A stretch of DNA of 63,960 bases, filler included, from Octopus bimaculoides (taxonomy: Eukaryota): the NCBI RefSeq assembly GCF_001194135.2. It is 6 parts of 5 records of this genome, joined end to end, with 100 filler letters (N's around TTAATTAATTAA, not from the genome) between each part and the next. Parts side by side here need not be neighbours in the genome. Positions count along the whole stretch, not along the records: positions 49,945 to 58,456 come from NC_068991.1; positions 58,557 to 62,764 come from NC_068997.1; positions 62,865 to 63,960 come from NC_068985.1; 3 more parts are not named here. The stretch is one strand, 5' to 3'. Positions 53,780 to 63,960 of this stretch are shown in pieces. A program made the translations under genes and the position numbers. Numbering within the stretch: position 1 is the stretch's first letter; each line of letters opens with the position of its first letter. Under the pieces are notes generated by a model. That model saw nothing but the letters and a program-made list of their open reading frames with translations, had not been told where the DNA came from and did no database searches.

Positions 53780-54303
53780 ATTTCTTTATTGCCCACAGGG
53801 GGCTAAACTCAAAGAGGACAGACAAATGGATTAAGTCGATTATATCGACCCCCAGGGTGTAACTGGTACTTAATTAATCGACCCCGAAAGGATGAATGGC
53901 TAAGTCGACCTCGGCGGAATTTGAACACAGAACGTAACAACATAGGAAATACCGATTTCTTTATTACCCAAAAAGGGCTATACAAAGAGATTTTATAGGA
54001 CATCACAAAACATAAAGACAGTACAAAACACAACAAAACGGCAGACGAAATACCGCTAAGCATTTCGCCCGGCGTGCTAAAGTTTCTTATTTCTTTATTG
54101 CCCACAAGGGGCTAAACATAGAGGGACAAACAAGGAGATTAAGTCGATTATATCGACTTCAGTGCGTAACTGGTACTTATTTAATCGACCCCGAAAGGAT
54201 GAAAGGCAAAGTCGACCTCAGCGGAATTTGAACTCAGAACGTAACGGCAGACGAAATACCGCTAAGTATTTCGCTCGGCGTGCTAACGATTCTGCCAGCT
54301 CGA
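53780..54303 (-). mobile_element. Tandem family A SINE array
   Basis: Two long units plus junction fragments, with the same junction as 26290-26730. Confidence 0.9.
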
Positions 54304-54444
54304 CGCCCTTATATAGATATATATATACATAGGTACAGACGTGGTAGTGTACCTAGTGGCATGCGTGGCTCTGTGGTATGAAGCTTGCTTCCCAACCACG
54401 TGATTTGTAGTTAAATCCCACAGCGTGACATCTTGGGCAAGTGT

Positions 54445-54594
54445 CTCCAAATATGAACCATTTTGTTGGACAATGCGTCTCCATCTTTCCTTTAACTTGA
54501 AAATACCCTCTTCCCAGAATTGAGGTGGTTTCATTGCAAATAAGTCGAAAGGTAAGCTACTATAAATCGGCACGAACTTTCCGGACAATCCAAT
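54445..54594 (-). mobile_element. Internally deleted mariner: 5' TIR fused to the transposase C-terminus
   Basis: TIR TATTGGATTGTCCGGAAAGTTCGTGCCGATTT, then FAMKPPQFWEEGIFKLKERWRRIVQQNGSY. Confidence 0.75.
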
Positions 54595-55552
54595 ATATAT
54601 ATTAGAAATATTATATTTCTAAATCTCTCAGAGAGATTTAAGCAGTAGTGGTGCGATAACGTTGTAGTANNNNNNNNNNNNNNNNNNNNNNNNNNNNNNN
54701 NNNNNNNNNNNNNNNNNNNNNNNNNNNNNNNNNNNNNNNNNNNNNNNNNNNNNNNNNNNNNNNNNNNNNNNNNNNNNNNNNNNNNNNTGATAAACTATAG
54801 GAACTTTGGCAATTAAAAGTAAACACCGATCCGATTTATTTTATCTTTCTTAAGAATCGTCAGAGATTAGTTATAAAAAAACTTCTTAGCTGCAAAAGTG
54901 AACAAGAGCACATTTGCTTGTGAATATAATACAGTATCTTATTTGTGGCGTAAATATATTTACTGAAGTAATTCAATAACAAAGTATTAGACCTATTATA
55001 TATGATACCCATATACGGATGGATATATATATATATATATATATATATAGTATTATATTATTCTAATTTTTAACCCCCATAACTTACACAGTATATATAT
55101 ATTGTGGAAGGAATTTCAACGCCCACACACGTGGACACACACAGCTGTATACACACACACACATATACGCGCGCGCACACACTTCGTCAATGACCGCTTA
55201 CGTAATTGATTAACAAGAAAGAACGAGCAGCAAAATTTCCTCCAATATATATATACGATGATCCAAACGAATAGGCATGCTGAGTATGTGCTATAAATTA
55301 ACCTTACCCTAATTAAATTATTATAAATGACTTCAGATACTCGTTCTGCCTTGGTCTCGATGTTCTTTTCCTCTAATGTATATATATATATATATATAGA
55401 TGTGTGTGTGTGTGTGTGTGCACGCGCGCATGTATATGGGTATGCATGTGTTTTTGTTTATTTATATACATATATACATGCGTATATGAATGTACTTATT
55501 ATATAATCTACACTCACACGCACTCATATACATACACAAGAGAACGGTTATG

Positions 55553-55583
<31 letters not shown>

Positions 55584-55881
55584 CTTGCTAACTCTCCTCT
55601 TTTGGTGTGCTGCTGGCATTAGATCCCGACTGTCAATCATGTAACATTATGTAAATATATTTTCCCCTGCCGTGCTGTGTTTACAGTAGTAAAAAGTAGA
55701 TATAATTTTGTCTTAACTTGTGCAGCTAAAAGTAGAGTTGAACACTAGCAGCTGAGCTGTAAATGTATCGAAGCACTCGAGTTGTTCACCGTTTTTAACA
55801 GCTTTTCCTCCTCTTTACTATAAAGGTATTAAATACACGTGTAGCAAACTTATGTGTAAGACTATTATATACGCTTTCATG

Positions 55882-56260
55882 GTGGAGGCGCAATGGCGCA
55901 ATGGCCCAGTGGTTAGGGCAGCCGACTCGCGGTCATAGGATCGCGGTTTCGATTCCAGACCGAGCGTTGCGAGTGTTTATTGAGCGAAAACACCTAAAGC
56001 TCCACGAGGCTCCGGTAGGGGATGGTGGCGAACCCTTCTGTACTCTTCCACCATAACTTTCTCTCACTCTTACTTTCTGTTGTGCCTGTAATTCAAAGGG
56101 TCAGCCTTGTCACACTGTGTCACGCTGAATCTCCCCGAGAACTACGTTAAGGGTACACGTGTCTGTGGAGTGCTCAGCCACTTGCACGTAAATTTCACGA
56201 GCAGGCTGTTCCGTTGATCGGATCAACAGGAACCCTCGTCGTCGCAACCGACGGAGTGCT
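55882..56260 (+). mobile_element. Family C tRNA-SINE abutting a mariner relic
   Basis: Collinear with 38974-39356. Confidence 0.9.
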
Positions 56261-56605
56261 ACTGCTGGACGACAATGCAAGCCGACATACAGACACCCAC
56301 ACATTGGGTCTCGAGTTGTTGGAACACTCTGCATACAATCAAAATCTCGGCGCTGTCAAGTATCGACTCCTTGATACTAGACAACCTTTACGAGATCGTC
56401 GATTTGCCACGAACAAAGATGCTCAAGAATCTGCGGAACCAGCGGAAAACCTTCTCTGATGGAATAACCAAAGTTGTTCACCACTGGAAGAAGTACATAG
56501 AAAAGCAAGGAGACTTTGTAGTAAACTGTTGTAATTGTTCAAGCCCTGCTTTTGTCTAAGTAAATTATTAAAACAAGAGTGCATACAATTTTTGACTTAC
56601 TCTCG
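56258..56605 (+). mobile_element. Mariner 3' relic (transposase C-terminus + right TIR)
   Basis: LLLDDNA..H, LELLEHSAYNQNL (decayed HPPYSPDL), FSDGITKVVHHWKKYIEKQGDFV, TIR ...ATTTTTGACTTACTCTCG followed by TA. Confidence 0.75.
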
Positions 56606-56723
56606 TACATAAATAGGCATGCATGTATGTATGTATGTATGTATGTATGTATGTATGTGCTGCGCTGAAGACTTACTGTGAAAGGAATTTGAATGCATAT
56701 ATATTAAAACCTTGTCTGAGTCC

Positions 56724-56841
56724 CGCGTTATTTAAAGTTTCGTAGACGTAAATCAACGACTCACTCATCAGACAGTTTGAGATTCCAAGGCAACCGATCA
56801 GTCAGCGGTTGATTTACGTCTATGAAACGTCAAGCAATGCG
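56724..56841. repeat. 48-bp inverted repeat with a 22-nt spacer; each arm carries a hammerhead-like core
   Basis: The arms at 56724-56771 and 56794-56841 align without gaps; the central 21 bp has one mismatch. Confidence 0.8.
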
Positions 56842-56920
56842 CGACTTAAATACACTCTTAATACTTACATATATACATACATACATACATTATTACAAAT
56901 ACTTACATCATATATGTGCG

Positions 56921-56986
<66 letters not shown>

Positions 56987-58202
56987 NNNNNNNNNNNNNN
57001 NNNNNNNNNNNNNNNNNNNNNNNNNNNNNNNNNNNNNNNNNNNNNNNNNNNNNNNNNNNNNNNNNNNNNNNNNNNNNNNNNNNNNNNNNNNNNNNNNNNN
57101 NNNNNNNNNNNNNNNNNNNNNNNNNNNNNNNNNNNNNNNNNNNNNNNNNNNNNNNNNNNNNNNNNNNNNNNNNNNNNNNNNNNNNNNNNNNNNNNNNNNN
57201 NNNNNNNNNNNNNNNNNNNNNNNNNNNNNNNNNNNNNNNNNNNNNNNNNNNNNNNNNNNNNNNNNNNNNNNNNNNNNNNNNNNNNNNNNNNNNNNNAACG
57301 TCGTTACACACAACCACACACACACACGCCAACGTGACAAAGTCGCCTTTATGTGGCTGATTAGCTAGCTAGAAAGAGCAGCAAAATTTCACCTCCAAAA
57401 CATCGGATTCAAGACATATCGTGGAAGGAATTTCAACGCCCACACACGTGGACACACACAGCTGTATACACACACACACATATACGCGCGCGCACACACT
57501 TCGTCAATGACCGCTTACGTAATTGATTAACAAGAAAGAACGAGCAGCAAAATTTCCTCCAATATTTACAAACAAACCAAAACAGAACAAAGACCATTTA
57601 TTTATTTATGGCATACTTTGTTCCTTGTTCGATCCTCTATTTCGGCGACACCTTGGTTAAATATCTAAGAGATCAGGAGTCGAAACACCTTGAAAAATCA
57701 AGCCAGCATTTACTATCTGCCTGTCTGTCTATCTATCTATCTATCTACCTATCATTAAAAAAAAGTATGACGTATTTTTCCATGTAATATTGCATAAATA
57801 TAACCCCAGTTTTCAAATGTCATGGAACAAACACACACTTAGTTTCCGCCTACCAAAGCACTCACAAGGTTTTGGTCTGCCCGAGCCTATAGTAGAATAG
57901 AATTGTCTAACATTCTACGCAGTGGGACTGAACCCGGAATCATGTAGTTGGAATGTTTTCAAAACAGTTTCTGTCTACCAAATTCACTCACCAAGTATTC
58001 GTCGGCCCGTGGCTATAGTAGATCCACTTATTCAAGGTGCCACGCAGTGAGACTGAACCCGTGCGCTTCTTAACCACACAGTCACCTCTGCGTCTATATA
58101 TTTGAAAAAAAAAATCAGAAAAACAAAAGGGAATTAAATAAAATCACTGCTTCCATCAATTTTGACCTGGAGCTAAATGACCACGCACTAAAACCTATAT
58201 TA

Positions 58203-58289
58203 TGCATCCGAAGATGGCAGTGTATTTCAAATTGATGTAATGCTTGCATTGATCGATTAAATGGAGACGCCTGAAACGGCCGTAATGCA
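58203..58289 (+). ncRNA. Putative type I hammerhead-ribozyme motif of a Penelope-like element (variant or decayed)
   Basis: Stem I TGCAT/ATGCA, core CCGAAGA, stem II GGC/GCC with a long loop, then GAAAC-GGCC-GTA. Confidence 0.5.
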
Positions 58290-58421
58290 CTGGTACCTGG
58301 ACATCCTTGTTACTTGTTTGCTTCTATTCCCCTTACTTCGAGCCGTGTGGATAATACCGGACTGACTTGGTACCTCAACTTAAGTACCTAATTCAACAGA
58401 ATCTTAATTATTTCTTATATA

Positions 58422-58456
<35 letters not shown>

Positions 58457-59573
58457 NNNNNNNNNNNNNNNNNNNNNNNNNNNNNNNNNNNNNNNNNNNN
58501 TTAATTAATTAANNNNNNNNNNNNNNNNNNNNNNNNNNNNNNNNNNNNNNNNNNNNCTTGACCGTCGTCCCTTGTGCCGACCGCTGGTTGGCCAAGCTGG
58601 TACGCTTGCTCTTCGACTTTTTGTGTTTTTGTGGAAGGGTCAGGTACCACTGGTCAGGCCCTCCATCTGCTGTCAACAGCCGCTGAACGGAGGCCTTGGC
58701 ATACCATGGTTGCTGTTGCGCAAACATGTGCTCAGGCTATGACATCTCAAGCGTTTCCTGGACGGTGAACAGGTGTGGTCGCCGTTCGTCAGTCACGATT
58801 TTCCGCAGCTCGTTTCTTTAACAGAGCTGCAATCCTGAATCAAACGTAAACCGAGAAAGAGCGCTTGGCACCTCGAGTGCTGCCAAGCTCTCACCGCCCT
58901 CAGTCAAGCGGGCAATGCGATCGGTAGTAGCTCCACTCTAGCGTTCTATAGAGGGTTAGTGGAGAAAAAGTGCGACGACGTTCTTGGGGAAATTCTAGGC
59001 GTCGAAGATAATCAGTTAAATAGTCTGTTCGGAAGAACTTTCGGGCCGGTGCCCATGGATAATTTCCAAAGGTTCCTCGCCTGGCAGTGCTACCGAGGGG
59101 CGCTGCCTGTTCGAGATAAACTCTACCGGCACTGAAGTGACGTCAGCCGGGCCTGCTCGAGTTGCGCTCAGGACGACGAAACCGTACTGCACGNNNNNNN
59201 NNNNNNNNNNNNNNNNNNNNNNNNNNNNNNNNNNNNNNNNNNNNNNNNNNNNNNNNNNNNNNNNNNNNNNNNNNNNNNNNNNNNNNNNNNNNNNNNNNNN
59301 NNNNNNNNNNNNNNNNNNNNNNNNNNNNNNNNNNNNNNNNNNNNNNNNNNNNNNNNNNNNNNNNNNNNNNNNNNNNNNNNNNNNNNNNNNNNNNNNNNNN
59401 NNNNNNNNNNNNNNNNNNNNNNNNNNNNNNNNNNNNNNNNNNNNNNNNNNNNNNNNNNNNNNNNNNNNNNNNNNNNNNNNNNNNNNNNNNNNNNNNNNNN
59501 NNNNNNNNNNNNNNNNNNNNNNNNNNNNNNNNNNNNNNNNNNNNNNNNNNNNNNNNNNNNNNNNNNNNNNNNN

Positions 59574-59995
59574 CTTTTTCAAGTTCCACTTGAAATGGAA
59601 GATGAGAATAGAGAGGGAAGTGCTATCTCATAGCAAATTTGTTGAAAGATGGGTGACTGTTGGAAGAATGGCCAGTACGAACGGACCAATTCTGAGGATA
59701 CACCTGTAAAAAAAGGTAATATAAAAGGAGAAAGGGCTCTATACCCCTTTCTTATTTTCTGACCAGGCTCCCGTGGCTTTTCTGGGTTTTTCCATGTGTA
59801 ACCTTTCGAAGCGCCTCCTTCTATTGGGAGTTTTATTTCTTATATCTTTCTCTGTTTTCCCACTGTTTACACGAACGTTTTCTTTTCGGACAAAACTCTT
59901 TGTAACCTTCGTCCTGTCTTTGTCCTTACATGTTTTTAATTTATATAAGCCCTTGTGGTCAATAAAACCAGAATTTATTATTATTATTATTATTA
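59574..59995 (+). pseudogene. 3' end of an L1/Tx1-like LINE
   Basis: FFKFHLKWKMRIEREVLSHSKFVERW...IHL*, a pyrimidine-rich 3' UTR, AATAAA and an (ATT)n tail. Confidence 0.5.
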
Positions 59996-59999
59996 TAGT

Positions 60000-60480
60000 G
60001 ATACCCGAGAAATAAGTTCAGACAGGTTGTTAATACCAGCCAGTTTCATTTCTATTTTCATGCGGGTAGAAAAGTAAAAATATGCCCTGATAGAATGTCA
60101 GTTTTGTTTGGGGTTGGGAGCTGTACTAGTAGTTGATAATTAAGTTTCGTCTTCATGTTTTCCTATCCTGAAGTCTTCTATCGCGGTCTCAATAGTAATC
60201 TAACTGATACTGAACATTTTTGGTGTGATACAAAAGCAATACTTATTTCGAATTTCTTTGAGCCACACCTAATTATCTTTTTTTCTCGCTCCAGATTTTT
60301 CTCCAGAGTATAATCGTATCTTCCTGAGAAGGGCCCTCTCCGACTTTTATTGACTATTCTGTTATCTCTCTGCAGATTGCTAATTGGTTTCCATTGAATT
60401 TCTTGTTAATTAGTTTTCTTTCAGTTATTTTTTTTTCTGATGCCAGAGTTTCTCCCCGATGAAAAATTTTACTCTGCTGT
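60000..60480 (-). pseudogene. Degenerate R4/Dong pre-RT region
   Basis: Frameshifted ..PSQED...W.KIWSEKK..WLKEIRNKY...LQDRK segments. Confidence 0.5.
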
Positions 60481-61433
60481 AAATAAATATTCACTCATGA
60501 TGTCATTAATCCCTGTCAATACCAATTCAGTGAGCCTCTTACCAATGCCTGTCAAATAAGGTCTATTTTATGGTGGAAAATGAAATAATCTTAGCCTGAA
60601 AAATTTCATAATGAATACATTTCAATTACTTGTATACGTAAACTGTTCAGCTCATAATATACCTTGCTATCATTGTTGCTACTACAATCACTGATGTGAC
60701 ATACATGTCATGCTTGTTGTATGTGTGTTCTAGTAGTATGTTCATAATCTCCTATTTGTACACTGTTGTCACTTTTTAAGCAAAATTACAATCGTCAACC
60801 TTCCACTTTCTTTCAACAAGTTACTTGTTTGCACCATTGTGTATTGTGAAATAATTTAACCGGGTAAACACAGTTCCAATTCATTGCCATTCTGTTCCAA
60901 TACATAACATTTTATAGCAAGTACATAAATCCTTACTTAATTTATAACTCCAAGAAAAGGTATAATTTATCCTTTTAATTCTTTATATAACTACATTTAA
61001 TAACCAGTTTACTTTTTTTCTATGATGTTTTATGTTCATTAGGTTGTCGAGTGCAGTCTCGTACACGCACACGCATGTGTGGCGGGAAGGTGTTATATGG
61101 CCGAATAGTTAAGAAGCTCCATTCGCAACCATGAGGTCCCGGGTTCGATCCTACTGTGGAGCGTCCTCGGCAAATATCATTTTATATAACTTCTGCTCGA
61201 CGTAAATCTTCTGAGTAAAGTTGGCTATACAGAAACATGTTGGATGAATATTAATTCTAATTTTAAAAGTACAGCCTGGTTACACAGCAAACGCTGATTC
61301 TACTTTGGAATTACGTTAAGAGTTGACGTGTTTATGGAATGCGCTGCCACTTACACTTAACGCAAATTCATCGAACGACGGAGATCCGCTAACTAACCGT
61401 GTGTGTGTGCGCGCGTGTGTGTGTGTGCGCGCG

Positions 61434-61465
<32 letters not shown>

Positions 61466-62214
61466 CTGGCACTCCGTCAGATACGACAACGAGGATACCA
61501 GGTTCTGCGATCAACAGAACAGCCCGCTGATATAATTAACGTGCAAGCGATTGAGCACTCCACAGACACGCGTACCATTAGTTTTCAGAGAGATTCAACG
61601 TGACACAATAAGTGACAAGGATTACAGGTACAACTCATTTTTGCCAGCTCAGTGGACTGGAGCAACGAGAAATAAAGTATTTTGCTCAACGACACAACGC
61701 GTTGTCTGAAATCAGACGCACGACCTTACGATCGTGAGCCGAATACATACATACATACATACATACATACATACATACATACATACATACGTATGTATGT
61801 ACACACCACACATACTCAGAAAGAGTGGGGGAGAGAGAGGGACATTTATTATTAATAGCGAATTTATGTGAGATAAACAGTGATTACATTCCAAACTTTA
61901 TGAGAGAGAGGGAGACAGGGAGAGAGAAAGTGTGTGTGTGTGTGAGAGAGAGTGCGTGTGTGTGAGTGTGTGTGAGCGTGTGTGAGTGAATATATGGATG
62001 TGTAAAGACAAGGATATACGCATCTAAAAATATATTTATACGTGCATATATAGCGTGCACAGGAGCACAACTCTATATTTTCTTTCACTCTAGGAAACAC
62101 AACCACAAATAAACGTTCCTAAGCGTTTAACATTTTCCTATATTATCATATATTATTATAGTATTATATATTTATCTATATACATATATCATATTTATTT
62201 AATTATATAAATAT

Positions 62215-62290
<76 letters not shown>

Positions 62291-62864
62291 ATTCAACCAC
62301 TACTGTGGTTGAATATATTCTTAAGTCCACCATTTCGTCAACCGCAGCAGCTTCCAAGCTTCACCACTAATTCAGTTCTCAACTAAATTGCAAACTGTTA
62401 ACAGTTTTAAAGAGGACACCTCCTCAGCTACACTTTAGCATAAATAGTTTGAGATTTGGGTCAGTAGAAACAAAGTTACATCAAAATATCTGCGACCACA
62501 AGTGGGGCAGTAAGGCACCCGGACTGACTCGCAGAGATAACACAACGAGTTATACAATTTAATTATTACATTTATTGTTCAATTACATACAAAGAACGCA
62601 CTCACCCAATGTTCGTTATGAATAAACAAAAGTCATGTCCGCCATATATATATCAATGACATTTTACTACGACAGTCCCACAAGACAACAACAATGAAAC
62701 AATGAACTCAGACGAACCACAAGGACACACGGAACGTCAGACGAATTACATATCTAACAGTCCANNNNNNNNNNNNNNNNNNNNNNNNNNNNNNNNNNNN
62801 NNNNNNNNTTAATTAATTAANNNNNNNNNNNNNNNNNNNNNNNNNNNNNNNNNNNNNNNNNNNN

Positions 62865-63235
62865 GAAAAACTTTCAAAATACAAAGACCTGGAAATAGAG
62901 ATAACTCGAATGTGGAATCTAAAAACAGAAACAATTCCTATCATAGTAGGTGCCTTAGGTATAATAAAAAAATATTCAGACAAATACATAACAAAAACAC
63001 CAGGACTTACAAATATATATAACATACAGAAAATTGCACTACTGGGTACTGCACACATTCTACGCAAAACACTTTCAATACAGTAAACATAAGAGCACCA
63101 CAGCAAACCACAGCACATACCCAAGGCGCACAGAGCTGCGCTCGGTAGTGAAGTGAAAGCACGTTATAAAAATAAAACTACTGAATAATAATAATAATAA
63201 TAATAACAATAATAATAATGATAATAATAATAATA
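62865..63235 (+). pseudogene. R4/Dong 3' end (restriction-like endonuclease C-terminus, 3' UTR, (TAA)n)
   Basis: KYKDLEIEITRMWNLKTETIPIIVGALGIIKK...IQKIALLGTAHILRKTLSIQ*, then AATAAA and a (TAA)n tail. Confidence 0.9.
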
Positions 63236-63960
63236 ATATATCATGCGAATAGTAAATATTTCTAACAATAGCGAAAGTAAAAACAAAAAAAAACAGTTTG
63301 GCGGGAGAAAATTAAGGTTGACATCAATCGTAAAAATTGCGTGGTACTTATTTTATGGCACTAAAAAAAAAACCTCAACTCGACCTTGGCATGATTAAAC
63401 CTCAATGAAATCAGAAAACTAAATACAATAATAATATATTGTAGTCTGGAGATTTAACAATTTAATCATTCACAGCTATTGAAAATAAATTAATAAGGAA
63501 TGACGTAGAGCAGACGTGCTTGGCTTTGAACTGGCACGTGGCTCGGTGCTAAATGAGGATGATTATTACCAACATTGCTCTTTTGTAGTTGAGTAAATGA
63601 AAGGCGAGTCATGTCTTTCAAGTTTATTAAATTCAAGCATCTGGTTGCGTGAGTGGGAGTAGTATTGCAAAAAAAAATTTTTTTAAGTGTTTCACACTTA
63701 TTTCATAGGCGGAGGTACGGCCTCGTGGTTAGATCACCTTCAAAATAATGCAGCCGCTGCGTTATTTCGAGTTCAGTTTCACAGCACGGCATCTTCGGCA
63801 TTGGTTGGGGCAAATGTCTTCTACTATAGTCCAGTCTGACTAATTGACTTGTGAGTTTATTTCGTACACGTCAAAATGCTAGAAGTACTTCGTGTATACA
63901 TACATACATACATACATATAGATAGATATACATATACATATATATGCATATATATATATA

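Noticed and set aside
62291-62314. Short perfect hairpins (also 36346-36367)
   Set aside because: Stems of 9-10 bp are not unusual at this window size, and there is no supporting context.

Overview
Eukaryotic, AT-rich, repeat-saturated draft-assembly DNA. The SINE and LINE families and the microsatellite load suggest an octopus or related coleoid cephalopod (inference). There are no prokaryotic operons, rRNA genes, intact tRNA genes or CRISPR arrays. The only host gene I can support is a divergent TRPM-like cation channel on the minus strand. It has two well-supported N-terminal (MHR1/2, SLOG-fold) exons at 15336-15417 and 2464-2603, plus several weaker upstream exon candidates (18043-18080, 19463-19494, 29694-29812, 29902-29943); the rest of the gene lies left of base 1. 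Everything else is decayed mobile DNA: RTE, L2/CR1, R4/Dong and L1/Tx1-like LINE fragments, a near-full-length Tc1, mariner relics, MITEs, at least four SINE families and Penelope-like pieces with hammerhead-ribozyme-like cores. Many N gaps, microsatellites and some assembly artefacts are also present. I found no convincing novel multi-gene system. The most interesting leads are the atypical TRPM ligand-pocket residues, the missing or degenerate TRPM exon, repeated CCGA-type hammerhead cores, and several fold-back elements. All alignments were done by eye against remembered family consensus sequences, and many repeat boundaries are approximate.
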